Shown: positions 1 to 9,722 of the stretch, in pieces
How positions within the stretch are numbered: position 1 is the stretch's first letter
Layout: every line of letters begins with the position of its first letter
From: Candidatus Moraniibacteriota bacterium
GTDB taxonomy: Bacteria > Patescibacteriota > Minisyncoccia > Moranbacterales > UBA2206
Reading direction: 5' to 3'
Assembly: GCA_013334765.1 (NCBI GenBank)
Contig: JAAXWW010000002.1
Coordinates: forward strand, 21,453 to 85,452
DNA length: 64,000 nucleotides
Notes under the pieces: model-generated
What the model was told of the DNA's origin: nothing
What the model saw: only the letters and a program-made list of their open reading frames with translations
The model's database searches: none
Made by a program: the position numbers and the translations under genes

Positions 1-248
1 CCTATCGCTTGATCATGGGATTCTTTCCTATTTATATTCCGAAAGGCTTTGCCGCTTCCATCCGACCTGCAGCCAGTATACGTATGAAGCCGTGGAGCGT
101 TTCGGAATCCTGAAAGGATCATGGCTCGGACTGAGACGCATCATCCGATGCCATCCCTGGAACGACGGGGGATATGATCCGGTTCCGAAAGAATAGATCT
201 TTGAATTGAGAATATTCGATCAGAAAGAGGCATTCAACCAACCATAAT

Positions 249-572
249 ATGGAGGAGGAGATGAGAAAGACACTGAGGATTTTCCATGTGATGCTGGAAG
301 ACAAAAAAGGAACCTTTGCCGGAGTTCTTTATTGTCACAAGAAGAGGAAGCTCACAAGACTGGAAGAATTTGATACGCGCAAAACCTGTCCTGGCTGCGC
401 GTGCACCTTTCCCCTTATGAGAACGGAAATTTTCTATGTCTCATCTCTCACTCATCTTGCGCGAGTCATTGCCAAGATGTATGACATGGATGGATTGCCA
501 GTTCCCGAAAGATTTATCATGGGATACATCACCAGCCATTTAAAGACTCCCGATAAGGATATGGCGGCATAG
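249..572 (+). CDS. hypothetical protein (107 aa, Cys-rich CPGCAC motif)
   Basis: ORF in a locally GC-richer segment. No recognisable family. A strong terminator follows the next small ORF. Confidence 0.3.
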   Translation: MEEEMRKTLRIFHVMLEDKKGTFAGVLYCHKKRKLTRLEEFDTRKTCPGCACTFPLMRTEIFYVSSLTHLARVIAKMYDMDGLPVPERFIMGYITSHLKTPDKDMAA

Positions 573-601
573 TTTCCGCGGCCAATCATTATTCAGAAAC
601 C

Positions 602-805
602 ATGGAGGAATGGAAAGTTATGTCGATAGAAGACGGGATAGTGAAGTGCAAGCATCATGTTCCCGGACAATCCCCAGTGGTAACGGGGAAATTTTCCAAA
701 CCGGCTGAACCCGAACCCAAGGAAGAGCAGCCAGACAGATCCAGACATGAAGATTCTGATCGTCAGCCCGGCACAACGCCGTGCCCGTGCATGTATGAAT
801 TCTGA
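602..805 (+). CDS. hypothetical small protein (67 aa)
   Basis: ORF with charged, P/E-rich C-terminus, immediately followed by a 14-bp-stem terminator. Confidence 0.25.
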   Translation: MEEWKVMSIEDGIVKCKHHVPGQSPVVTGKFSKPAEPEPKEEQPDRSRHEDSDRQPGTTPCPCMYEF

Positions 806-812
806 GGCATCC

Positions 813-864
813 GGCCCGGAACGCAAAATCGCAACAGCGATGACTTGCGTTCCGGGCCTTTTTT
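813..864 (+). terminator. rho-independent terminator
   Basis: Perfect 14-bp stem ggcccggaacgcaa / ttgcgttccgggcc followed by TTTTTT. Confidence 0.65.
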
Positions 865-910
865 ATGCTTAAATTCACTCAGCAAATCGTAACTTTTCCA
901 ATAAAAACCT

Positions 911-1969
911 ATGCTTAAAAGACGACGCACGAAAAAAATAAGGATCGGGAATATATTTATCGGCGGAAACGCGCCGATTGTCGTTCAGTCCATGACCAAT
1001 ACCGACACAGCTGACGTGAAAGCCACAGTGAGGCAGATAAAAGCGCTGGAAAAGGCCGGATGCGAGATGATCCGGGTAGCTGTCCCGAATATCGAAGCTG
1101 CCAAGGCTATCGGAAAGATAAAAAAGCAGATCAATATCCCCTTGGTTGCCGATATCCATTTTTCGGCCGAATTGGCAATCGAAGCCATCAATCAGGGAAT
1201 AGACAAACTCAGAATCAATCCTGGAAATATCGGATCCGAAGAAAAAATCAAAGCGGTGGTCGAGGCTGCCAAGAAAAAGAATATCCCAATCCGCATCGGA
1301 GTGAATGCCGGGTCTTTGGAAAAGGACCTGATCGAAAAATACAAAGGCAAAGTGACAGCCAAAGCCATGGTCGAATCCGCCATGCGGCATATCAAGATCC
1401 TTGAAAGGCACAATTTCAAGAACATCCTGATTTCCCTCAAAGCTTCCGACATAGAAAGGACCGTAGAAGCATACAGGCTGTTATCCGAACAAGTGAACTA
1501 TCCTCTGCATATTGGAGTGACGGAAGCCGGCACTTCCTTCCGCGGAACTGTCATGTCATCCATCGGGCTCGGCATCCTTCTTTATGACGGGATAGGGGAC
1601 ACTCTGCGCGTTTCCCTGACGGCCGATCCTATTGAAGAAATGAAAGTAGCATGGGAAATCCTGAAATCACTCGGACTCAGAAAAAGAGGCATAACCGTGA
1701 CCAGCTGCCCGACCTGCGGAAGAACCCAAGTCGATCTCATCGGCCTTGCCAAAAAGGTCGAGGATGCGTTGGTAGGCATCGATAAGGATATTCATGTTGC
1801 TGTCATGGGCTGCGTGGTGAATGGGCCTGGAGAAGCAAGGGAAGCAGACTTGGCGATCATCGGAGGGAAAGGCGTCGGGCTTATCACGAAAAAAGGCGAT
1901 ATCATCAAGCAAGTATCCGAAGACAAACTGATCAAGGAGTTCCTGAAAGAAGTCAGGAAATTCAATTAG
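911..1969 (+). CDS. ispG: 4-hydroxy-3-methylbut-2-en-1-yl diphosphate synthase (MEP pathway)
   Basis: N-terminal motif IGGNAPIVVQSMTNTDTADVKATVRQIKALEKAGCEMIRVAV and C-terminal CPTCGR / Cys cluster are typical of GcpE/IspG. Confidence 0.9.
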   Translation: MLKRRRTKKIRIGNIFIGGNAPIVVQSMTNTDTADVKATVRQIKALEKAGCEMIRVAVPNIEAAKAIGKIKKQINIPLVADIHFSAELAIEAINQGIDKLRINPGNIGSEEKIKAVVEAAKKKNIPIRIGVNAGSLEKDLIEKYKGKVTAKAMVESAMRHIKILERHNFKNILISLKASDIERTVEAYRLLSEQVNYPLHIGVTEAGTSFRGTVMSSIGLGILLYDGIGDTLRVSLTADPIEEMKVAWEILKSLGLRKRGITVTSCPTCGRTQVDLIGLAKKVEDALVGIDKDIHVAVMGCVVNGPGEAREADLAIIGGKGVGLITKKGDIIKQVSEDKLIKEFLKEVRKFN

Positions 1970-2855
1970 CACTGAGCGTTCCTATTTTTTTCATAACTTC
2001 ATCAATTATCCAAGACGGAGTCGAAGCTCCTGCTGAGATTCCGACACTGCTCGCTCCTTCAAACCACCCTAGGTCAATATCAGCCGCTCTTTCTATGAAA
2101 TATGATTTCTGATTCAGGCTTTTCGATATTTCATATAGACGTGTCGAATTGGCGCTGTCGGGAGAACCGATGATTATCATGACGTCATTCTCTTCGGACA
2201 TCTTTCTCGCTTCTGCCTGCCTGTTCTCAGTCGCAAGACATATGGTGTTTTTTATTTCCGCCTGCGGATACCTTTCAACGATTATCCTGGAGGCTTCGTC
2301 GAAAAAATCCTTGTTCTGAGTGGTCTGTGAAATGATGACGATTTTCCTGTCAGGATCAAGATCAAGACGAGAGAGATCATCGCGATCAGAAACCAGAATA
2401 CCTCTTTTCCCTCCGCATTCGAAAATGCCCTTGACCTCCTTGTGATTCTTGTCGCCGATAATGACGACTTGCGAACCGTTCTTCGAATGAAGGGAGGACA
2501 GATTCTGTACCTGGACCACTTTCGGACAAGTGGTGTCGATTATGGCGATGCCCCTTTCTTCGGCCAGCGAATAGATATCCGGGCCGACTCCGTGAGCGGA
2601 AACTATCAATGTCCCGATGTTGCCATACTGCCCGCTTATGAAATCGTCAGGGCTTATTTTCCTGATTCCTTTTTCTTCTATTTTCCTCATCACGTCGTCA
2701 TTGTGCACGAGGGAGCCTAATATGAAAATAGGAGCGGCGGTCTTCGACATATCCAAGCCAGCCACCATGTCATAGGCGCGCTTGACTCCTCCGCAAAAAC
2801 CGGCGAAGCGGCTCAGGGTTATTTCCATAGCGATCAAGTTAGGTTTTTTATCCAC
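1962..2855 (-). CDS. ispH: 4-hydroxy-3-methylbut-2-enyl diphosphate reductase
   Basis: GFCGGVKRA N-terminal motif, plus the length and His/Cys pattern of LytB/IspH. Convergent with ispG. Confidence 0.85.
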   Translation of the reverse strand: MDKKPNLIAMEITLSRFAGFCGGVKRAYDMVAGLDMSKTAAPIFILGSLVHNDDVMRKIEEKGIRKISPDDFISGQYGNIGTLIVSAHGVGPDIYSLAEERGIAIIDTTCPKVVQVQNLSSLHSKNGSQVVIIGDKNHKEVKGIFECGGKRGILVSDRDDLSRLDLDPDRKIVIISQTTQNKDFFDEASRIIVERYPQAEIKNTICLATENRQAEARKMSEENDVMIIIGSPDSANSTRLYEISKSLNQKSYFIERAADIDLGWFEGASSVGISAGASTPSWIIDEVMKKIGTLSAN

Positions 2856-2911
2856 TCAAATATCTCACAAACCAGGCTAAAAATCAAACGAGGGCGCGCT
2901 TCAGGCATTCG

Positions 2912-2940
2912 TTGCCAAACGGGAGAATTGCTGGTATAAT
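2912..2940 (+). promoter_or_regulatory. sigma70-like promoter upstream of obg
   Basis: TTGCCA-17 nt-TATAAT with TG at -14 and -15 (extended -10). Confidence 0.5.
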
Positions 2941-3001
2941 CATACGGATGCAGGATTTCCTGCCCATGCTAGCGACCTAACAACCCTAACGGCAAAACAT
3001 A

Positions 3002-3967
3002 ATGTTCACAGATGAAGCCAGAATAAGAATCTCAGCGGGACGCGGCGGAAACGGAGTCGTGGCTTTCGACAAGATAAAGATGAGCCTCGGACCGACCGGC
3101 GGATGCGGAGGAGATGGAGGGGATATCTATTTCGAAGGCGTAACGAACCTCTCGGCACTCAACAAATACCGCCACAAGAGAGACTACTATGCCAGCGACG
3201 GCAGCAACGGGAAATCGGACAAATCGGACGGCATAAGTGGGAAAGACTTCATCCTGACAGTTCCTATCGGATCCGTTATTCACAACCTCGACACTAAGAA
3301 AGATATCGATATCAAGGAAGCAGGACAAAGGATTCTTGTCGCGAAAGGCGGCAAAGGAGGAAGAGGCAATTTCTATTTCCGATCTTCGACAAACACTTCC
3401 CCTCAAGAGAAAGAGGAAGGGAAGCCAGGCCAGGAGTTCAATCTCTTCATTGAGTTGAGACTGATAGCGAGCATCGGGCTTGTCGGCCTTCCAAGCGCCG
3501 GAAAATCCAGCCTGCTCAATGAGCTGACTGCCACTGACGTCAAAGTCGGCGCCTATCACTTCACCACTCTTGAACCTAATCTCGGCTCAATGGACGGAAC
3601 CATCATCGCAGACATCCCGGGACTTATCGAAGGGGCTTCCGAAGGAAAGGGACTCGGAATGAAATTCCTGCGCCATATCCAAAGAACCAAGGTGCTGGCT
3701 CACTGCATAAGCTCCGAAGCGGAAAATCCCGAAGAAGATTATCGTATAATCCGAGGAGAGTTGGAGAAATTCAATCCTGATCTGATCAAGAAGAAGGAAA
3801 TCATCATCCTAACCAAGACCGATCTTCTGGATGAGGAATCACTGAAGGGAAAAACCAAGGAACTCAAGAGCATAAATCCCGACATGATAGCCGTTTCCAT
3901 ACATGACTTCGACGCCATAGAAAGGCTCAAAAGCTATCTCGTCGAGGAACTCGCCCGGGTTGAATAG
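3002..3967 (+). CDS. obg: GTPase Obg/CgtA
   Basis: Gly-rich Obg-fold N-terminus (GRGGNGVVAF, GGCGGDGGDI). G-domain with GLVGLPSAGKSSLLN and DIPGLIEGA. Confidence 0.9.
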   Translation: MFTDEARIRISAGRGGNGVVAFDKIKMSLGPTGGCGGDGGDIYFEGVTNLSALNKYRHKRDYYASDGSNGKSDKSDGISGKDFILTVPIGSVIHNLDTKKDIDIKEAGQRILVAKGGKGGRGNFYFRSSTNTSPQEKEEGKPGQEFNLFIELRLIASIGLVGLPSAGKSSLLNELTATDVKVGAYHFTTLEPNLGSMDGTIIADIPGLIEGASEGKGLGMKFLRHIQRTKVLAHCISSEAENPEEDYRIIRGELEKFNPDLIKKKEIIILTKTDLLDEESLKGKTKELKSINPDMIAVSIHDFDAIERLKSYLVEELARVE

Positions 3968-4012
3968 GCAATCGGGGATATGCTATAATCCAAAAAAGAT
4001 AAGCATAAAAAA

Positions 4013-4213
4013 ATGGAAAAAAATTACGTACTCCTGTTGATAGCCGTTTCTGTCTGGACTATCCCTTGGAAGGGAATAGCCCTCTGGCGGGCAGCTAAGA
4101 ACAACGACCGGGCATGGTTCCTTGCCATTCTCATCCTGAATACCCTCGCCATTTTGGAAATACTCTATATTTTCGTCTTTTTCCGCAAAAATCGGAACGG
4201 GCGCCTAGACTAG
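4013..4213 (+). CDS. small two-TM membrane protein
   Basis: 66-aa ORF with two hydrophobic segments. No family recognised. Confidence 0.4.
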   Translation: MEKNYVLLLIAVSVWTIPWKGIALWRAAKNNDRAWFLAILILNTLAILEILYIFVFFRKNRNGRLD

Positions 4214-4222
4214 AGCAAGCTC

Positions 4223-4915
4223 ATGTACTGGATATTCCTCGTCTTATTCATAACAGCGGTTCTTGTTCCTGACCTCATAAGAGGCCAGGTCTATTTCATT
4301 ACCGAAGAACGCGCTGAAGAAATCCTCATTTTCGTTCTAGGCATGATAGCTTTTCTGACGTTCATTAATAACGAACGGAAAATCGCCCATCAGAAGAAGG
4401 AAAAGGAAAAAGCAGAGAAAAAGATAGATCAGACAGTCAAGGATCTTGTCGACTCATACAGCTATATCGGAGAGGTCAACAGGAAAATGGATATCCTTAT
4501 GGGAGTGGCGCTGGGACTATCCGACCGTTCCGCGCTCGACAGGAAAAAGGAAAACGAGATATACCTTTCCATCCTCAATGCGGCAACATTCCTTCTCAAG
4601 GCCGAGAGTGTGATGCTTCGCTTCGTCAATATCAAGACAGGTCGCACGGAAAAAGAAATCAAGCTGCCCGAAACGGGAAAAATGACAGTTTCCAATAAGG
4701 TATTGGTTGGGATAGAAGAGAATATGAACCTGAAAAAGCAAAATGACTCGATCATCATCTCCTCTTCGCAGAAGATAAGCGACATCAAAAGCTTCCTTGT
4801 CGCGCACGATTATGATGAGAACGAAGAGAACAAGCCCAAGAACATAGAGATACTGAAACTGTTCGCTTCGCAAGCCATATTCCTGCATTCATACATGAGC
4901 AAATCCGATAAATAA
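4223..4915 (+). CDS. hypothetical membrane-anchored protein
   Basis: 230-aa ORF. N-terminal TM helices followed by a Lys/Glu-rich coiled segment. Same strand as groES, directly upstream. Confidence 0.45.
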   Translation: MYWIFLVLFITAVLVPDLIRGQVYFITEERAEEILIFVLGMIAFLTFINNERKIAHQKKEKEKAEKKIDQTVKDLVDSYSYIGEVNRKMDILMGVALGLSDRSALDRKKENEIYLSILNAATFLLKAESVMLRFVNIKTGRTEKEIKLPETGKMTVSNKVLVGIEENMNLKKQNDSIIISSSQKISDIKSFLVAHDYDENEENKPKNIEILKLFASQAIFLHSYMSKSDK

Positions 4916-4934
4916 TTTTTAACCACATACACCT

Positions 4935-5210
4935 ATGAAAAAAGAGAACATCAAGCCGATCGGTCAGAACGTATTGGTGATGCCGCTTAAGGCTGAAAAG
5001 AAAACCAGTTCTGGAATCGTCCTCCCGGAAACTGCATCCGCGGAACGCTCGCAGGAAGGAAAGGTTATCGCAATAGGGGATAGCGAAAAGATAAAAGTGA
5101 AGAAAGGACAGACGATAATCTTTGCCAAATATTCAGGTTCTGAAATAAAAGCCGACAAAGACGAATGCATCCTCATAAAGGCCGAGGACATATTGGCCAT
5201 AGTCGAATAA
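4935..5210 (+). CDS. groES: co-chaperonin GroES (10 kDa chaperonin)
   Basis: 91 aa with IVLPETA, KVIAIGD, FAKYSGSEIK, ILAIVE. No groEL downstream. Confidence 0.9.
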   Translation: MKKENIKPIGQNVLVMPLKAEKKTSSGIVLPETASAERSQEGKVIAIGDSEKIKVKKGQTIIFAKYSGSEIKADKDECILIKAEDILAIVE

Positions 5211-5234
5211 CGTTTCTCTTTGAGCAATAAAGAA

Positions 5235-5269
5235 AGACCGGTTTCCATTTTCAGGAACCGGTCTTTTTC
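5235..5269 (+). terminator. rho-independent terminator after groES
   Basis: Perfect 9-bp stem agaccggtt / aaccggtct followed by a T-run. Confidence 0.55.
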
Positions 5270-5286
5270 TAAGATATTCCGATATG

Positions 5287-6126
5287 CTATTTGACAGTCT
5301 CGTATCCTTTCTGCTTCCAGACATTAAGCCCCTCTGCCAATGAATATGCATTGATAACGCCCAGATCGTTAAGGCGCACCGCCGCTTTGTACGCGGCAAG
5401 GCTATCGGAATCATAAACGACTATCTTCCTGCCAAGAGGAATCTGCCTCCTTTTGGACTCCAAATCATCGGCGGTTATGTTGATCGCTCCCTTCAGATGC
5501 TCAAGAGCGAATTCCTGATTGCTCCGCACGTCAATAAGAAGAAGGTTCGGATTAGTCGCCATCCAAGCCTTCAGATCGTCAGCTTTGACATAGCTGACTT
5601 TGGCTTGATCGGAAAAGGACATCGGATCGCCGTCGTTTATGGTGGGGTTCATGCCGTTTTTCCAGGCAGAAAAACCTCCGTCGAGAAAGGAAAGATTGCC
5701 GACACCATTGTCCGAAGCAAGCGAAGCTATCTCTCCGATATTCTGAAGATCTCCGGAAGCGTCGACCACGACATAATATTTCTTGCTGTCGAGAGACGGA
5801 ATGAAAGAAGCGAAACTCTCGATCGGGATGTTCTTCGAGTCTATGATATGCTCGGACCTGAAATCGTCCGGATTCCTAAGATCGATGACGACCAGGTTCC
5901 TATCGCTGATCAGCTTGGACCTGAGGCTGTCCAGGCTTATTTTCCCTATTTTCGAAAGGTCGATATCCTTGGCTTTGATTCCATCAGCAGGACCATTTCC
6001 AGTTTTCGAATTGCCGGCATCGAAATGCGCTTTCACGAAAAATATCCCGACAACGAGGACGATTAAGGCGAAACCGACCAGAATAACCTGGACGTTGTCT
6101 TTTTTCTGATTGAGAGTTTTCTGCAT
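5287..6126 (-). CDS. membrane-anchored tandem rhodanese-domain sulfurtransferase
   Basis: N-terminal TM helix. Two rhodanese-like modules (VVIDLRNPDDFRSEHI and LLLIDVRSNQEFALEHL). Confidence 0.7.
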   Translation of the reverse strand: MQKTLNQKKDNVQVILVGFALIVLVVGIFFVKAHFDAGNSKTGNGPADGIKAKDIDLSKIGKISLDSLRSKLISDRNLVVIDLRNPDDFRSEHIIDSKNIPIESFASFIPSLDSKKYYVVVDASGDLQNIGEIASLASDNGVGNLSFLDGGFSAWKNGMNPTINDGDPMSFSDQAKVSYVKADDLKAWMATNPNLLLIDVRSNQEFALEHLKGAINITADDLESKRRQIPLGRKIVVYDSDSLAAYKAAVRLNDLGVINAYSLAEGLNVWKQKGYETVK

Positions 6127-6127
6127 T

Positions 6128-7096
6128 TTATTTTAAGACGCTTCCCAGAAAGCCGGGATTGCCGTTTATGAAATCGCTTATACTGACTTTGTTTTTCCCT
6201 TCCAATTGGACTCCTTCCAGTATGATCGCTCCTTTTCCGGCTTTGACCGTGATTTTTCCGCTGTCAGTCATTATGGCTTCGCCTTCGAAATGCATATCCC
6301 CGAAATCAATATCGCTCAAGGATATGCTGTTGAGTTTCAGCCGCATATTCGTTCCGTTCCTTTCCCAAAAGGTGAATATTCCCGGCCAGGGACAAAGAGC
6401 CCTGAATCGGTCATAAATGGATCCCGCGTCCTCGGACCAAATCACATGCCCGTCGCTTCTTTCAATGAGCTGGCAAAGGGTAGCCTTGGAACTGTCCTGA
6501 GGATGGGACTCGATTTTCCTTTCCACCCAGAGCGGAAGGGTTTTCAAAAGCAATTCCGATGAAACAGCAGAAAGCCTCAGGAGCAGCTCCGGATATGTCT
6601 CATCGCTTCCTATTGCAATCTCTTCTTGTGCGATGATTTCTCCCGTATCAACGCCTTTATCCATCAGCATTATGGTTGTTCCGGTCGTTGTTTCTCCATT
6701 CAGGATGGCATTCTGAACAGGCGATGGACCGCGATATTTCGGCAGCAGGGACGGATGGATATTTATCGCTCCGAAGCCCGGAAGGCTCAGCACGGCTTCA
6801 GGCAGGATCTTTCCGTAGGCAGCGACAATGAGAAGGTCTGGCTGCTGCTGCTCAAGCTCTTTTATTGCCGCATCGTCGAATTTCTTCGGATCAAGCACCT
6901 TTATCCCATTTTTTTCTGCAAGCGCTTTGACCGAAATATCATGCGCCTCCTTTTTCTTTTCAGGCTCCTTGCCGATATTCGTGTATACGGAAACTATGTT
7001 GTATTTCTCCTGGATAAGGCGATCAAGGATGATTGCGGCGAAAGAAGAAGTGCCCATAAAAACAGTCCTGAGACCGATGGCTTTTTTTGTCTGCAT
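6128..7096 (-). CDS. fmt: methionyl-tRNA formyltransferase
   Basis: HPSLLPKYRGPSPVQNAIL formyltransferase signature plus C-terminal Fmt domain. Directly downstream of def. Confidence 0.9.
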   Translation of the reverse strand: MQTKKAIGLRTVFMGTSSFAAIILDRLIQEKYNIVSVYTNIGKEPEKKKEAHDISVKALAEKNGIKVLDPKKFDDAAIKELEQQQPDLLIVAAYGKILPEAVLSLPGFGAINIHPSLLPKYRGPSPVQNAILNGETTTGTTIMLMDKGVDTGEIIAQEEIAIGSDETYPELLLRLSAVSSELLLKTLPLWVERKIESHPQDSSKATLCQLIERSDGHVIWSEDAGSIYDRFRALCPWPGIFTFWERNGTNMRLKLNSISLSDIDFGDMHFEGEAIMTDSGKITVKAGKGAIILEGVQLEGKNKVSISDFINGNPGFLGSVLK

Positions 7097-7140
7097 AATT
7101 CGGATGTATTTATTCGGATTATCTATTTTTATTTTTCCGG

Positions 7141-7611
7141 CTATTTCCTGTCTATGAAAAGCGTCCCGTCCAAGTGGTCGATTTCGTGCTGAAGAGCTCT
7201 CGCCAACATCCCTTCGGCTTCTATTTCGATTTTATCTCCCTCTTTCGTTTCAGCGTGCACTTTGACCTTCTTGGATCTTTTGATCGGTATGAACTCTCCA
7301 GGGAAAGACAGGCATCCCTCTTCCATGACTTCCTTCCTGAGCGATTTGGAGACTATTTTCGGATTTATCAATATGAAAGTCTTCCTTTCCATTTTAATGA
7401 CGCAGAGACGCAGGTTTTCCCCGACTTGCGGAGCCGCGAGACCTAGACCGTTATTGGCTTCCAGCGTATCGAGCATGTCGAAGATGAGCTTCTTGATCTT
7501 GGGATCAGTTGGGTCTTTTATCTTCTTGTTCTTTTTCCGGAGTATCGGATCCGGATAGGTGATTATGGGCAAATCCATTAATTTATTGTTCGGCTTGTTA
7601 TTTCCTGCCAT
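7141..7611 (-). CDS. def: peptide deformylase
   Basis: GLAAPQVG, EGCLSFPG and HEIDHLDG motifs. The start at 7611 overlaps the priA stop (TGATG coupling). An alternative start at 7578 (MDLPIITYP) is possible. Confidence 0.85.
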   Translation of the reverse strand: MAGNNKPNNKLMDLPIITYPDPILRKKNKKIKDPTDPKIKKLIFDMLDTLEANNGLGLAAPQVGENLRLCVIKMERKTFILINPKIVSKSLRKEVMEEGCLSFPGEFIPIKRSKKVKVHAETKEGDKIEIEAEGMLARALQHEIDHLDGTLFIDRK

Positions 7612-9635
7612 CAGATTACGGATATCGGATCGACATCGATGATCCATCCTGCCGGAAGCCATTGCAATGCCTTCCTGAGAGCATCGGGCATCTCTTTTTC
7701 GAATCTGACGATTATCTGACTCCTGAATCGTCCGCGCACTTTAGGAACGAAACTTTCTTGAGACTCGGAAACTTTTATACCATCGATTCCTAGGAGGACC
7801 TCAGCAATTCTTTTCGCTTCGGCATCAGCCTTGTCTTTTCTGAAATCTTGGAAAACCAGCTTGATGAGGCGACCGAACGGAGGAAGGGCAAGCGCCTTCC
7901 TTTCCTTGAATTCCTTTTCATAGAAAGAATCCGGATCCTTTTTCGCTATCAGCTTGAGCAGCCTGTTTTCAGGATGATATGTCTGGATGATCACGCGTCC
8001 CGGATATTTGGCTCCCGGTCGCGAGGTGCGGCCAGCCACCTGCATAAGCAGGTCAAAAGCCCGTTCTTCTGCCGAAAAATCAGGCAATGTCAGCATATTG
8101 TCTGCGTCTATGATACCAATTAAAGCGACATTCGGCAAATCCCAGCCCTTGGAAATCATCTGGGTCCCGATGAGGATATCCGCCTCATGATCCGAAAATT
8201 TCCGATAGGCCTCTTCATGGGCATCCTTCCCCTTGAGCTCTTGGCTATCCGCCCGCATGACGCGAGCTCCTGGAAAGAATTCCTTGATTTCCTTTTCCAC
8301 CTTCTGAGTCCCGAGCCCTACGTTCTTGAAAACGATGCCCTTGCACTTCGCGCACTTCGGAGTGATGGAGGTCCTGAAGCTGCAATGCAAGCATCTATAT
8401 TCTCCTGAATTTTCATATACCAGCGCCCGATCGCATTTGGGACATTTGAGAACCGTCTTGCAGGCAGCGCAGACCGAGAAGTTGCTCATTCCCTGGCGAT
8501 TGATGAAAAGGATCGCCTGCAAGCCGTATTTGAGGGCATAGGAGATTTCGGATCTCAATTTTTTGGAAATCGAAGAGAATACCGGCTGTTGCTGCCTTTG
8601 ACTGCCATATGATCTGTTCTGCCATCTTTCACGGCGCATATCGACCAGTTCCATGGTCGTTTTCACCGCTTCCGATCTGCTATTGGGTATTTCAAGATCG
8701 GGGATGACCAGCAATCCGCTTTTTCCATTCCTGGCTGAATGATATGAGACGACGCTCGGAGTCGCCGAACCGGAAACTATCTGGCAGTCATGGATGCGGG
8801 CGATTTCCAAGGCGGCAGTCCTGGCATCATAGCGCGGATTCATGTCCCACTGCTTGAAGGAAATATCCTGCTCTTCATCGATCACGACCAGCCTGAGATT
8901 CCCGAACGGAGCGAACACTGCCATCCGGGTCCCGATGATTATCTTCGCTTCGCCCGATCTTATGCGCTTCCAGTTGTCATAGAATTTCCCTTTGGAAATA
9001 TTGCTGCTCAAGACGACAATCTCATCTGAATCGAAATATGCCCCATAGCGCTCCAATGCCTGCGGGGTCAATGTTTTTTCCGGCAGGAGAATCAGGAACT
9101 GACCATCCTTGTACTGCTTTTTTAATTCAAGGATGGAATGGATATATACCTCGGTTTTCCCGGAACCTGAGGACCCGAAAAGCAGATATGCGGCATGTCC
9201 CTTTTTCCTGTCCGATATTTCCGACACGGCAGAGTGCTGTTCCTTGGTGAGTTCTATTCCTAGCTTGCTGATCTGCGAAGCAGCTTTCTTTTTTTCTTTC
9301 AGGCTCCTCTTCATTATTTTCGGCACGAAATTCTTCATGACGATTCCAAGAGGGGAGATATAGTATTCGGAAATGAATCGCGCCAATTCCATCTGCTCCG
9401 CCGTCAGAAAATCCTTTTCGATGACATTCCCTATCCTCTTGAGTTCCATCCCGCCAGTCCGTTCGAAATCAGCCGCGCTGTCGATGACGATTCCTTCGAT
9501 CTTCCTTCCAGAGAAGGGAATACTGACCAATGTCCCAGGCGATAGCTTCTCATTGCCCAAGTAATAGAAAAACTGATCGCGCATGAGCGATATCCTAATA
9601 AGCGGAACGACGGAGATGATGAATTTGTCAGGCAT
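7611..9635 (-). CDS. priA: primosomal protein N' (replication restart helicase)
   Basis: Walker A GSSGSGKTEVY, DEEQD box, Cys4 zinc-binding insert (CKTVLKCPKCD...CLHCSF). Confidence 0.9.
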   Translation of the reverse strand: MPDKFIISVVPLIRISLMRDQFFYYLGNEKLSPGTLVSIPFSGRKIEGIVIDSAADFERTGGMELKRIGNVIEKDFLTAEQMELARFISEYYISPLGIVMKNFVPKIMKRSLKEKKKAASQISKLGIELTKEQHSAVSEISDRKKGHAAYLLFGSSGSGKTEVYIHSILELKKQYKDGQFLILLPEKTLTPQALERYGAYFDSDEIVVLSSNISKGKFYDNWKRIRSGEAKIIIGTRMAVFAPFGNLRLVVIDEEQDISFKQWDMNPRYDARTAALEIARIHDCQIVSGSATPSVVSYHSARNGKSGLLVIPDLEIPNSRSEAVKTTMELVDMRRERWQNRSYGSQRQQQPVFSSISKKLRSEISYALKYGLQAILFINRQGMSNFSVCAACKTVLKCPKCDRALVYENSGEYRCLHCSFRTSITPKCAKCKGIVFKNVGLGTQKVEKEIKEFFPGARVMRADSQELKGKDAHEEAYRKFSDHEADILIGTQMISKGWDLPNVALIGIIDADNMLTLPDFSAEERAFDLLMQVAGRTSRPGAKYPGRVIIQTYHPENRLLKLIAKKDPDSFYEKEFKERKALALPPFGRLIKLVFQDFRKDKADAEAKRIAEVLLGIDGIKVSESQESFVPKVRGRFRSQIIVRFEKEMPDALRKALQWLPAGWIIDVDPISVI

Positions 9636-9686
9636 ACCATCATTTTACTACAGAAAACCATCCCGAGCTAAGACCACCATCCGCAA

Positions 9687-9715
9687 TTGCCAAAGAGCTT
9701 ATTCTAAGCTAAACT
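9687..9715 (+). promoter_or_regulatory. putative promoter for thpR operon
   Basis: TTGCCA-17 nt-TAAACT. Confidence 0.3.
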
Positions 9716-9722
9716 GCAAGAT

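Noticed and set aside
249-805. HicAB-type toxin-antitoxin assignment for the first two ORFs.
   Set aside because: Only a vague resemblance (a CPGCAC motif versus the DLPGC motif of HicB). The gene order and sizes do not fit. Too weak to call.
875-1411. Antisense ORFs inside ispG, obg, priA, pyrG and other confidently assigned genes. Examples are 875-1411, 3032-3559, 24392-25045, 27678-28172 and 28936-29436.
   Set aside because: They overlap confidently assigned genes on the opposite strand or in an alternate frame. Their composition is low-complexity. They look like shadows of the real frames.
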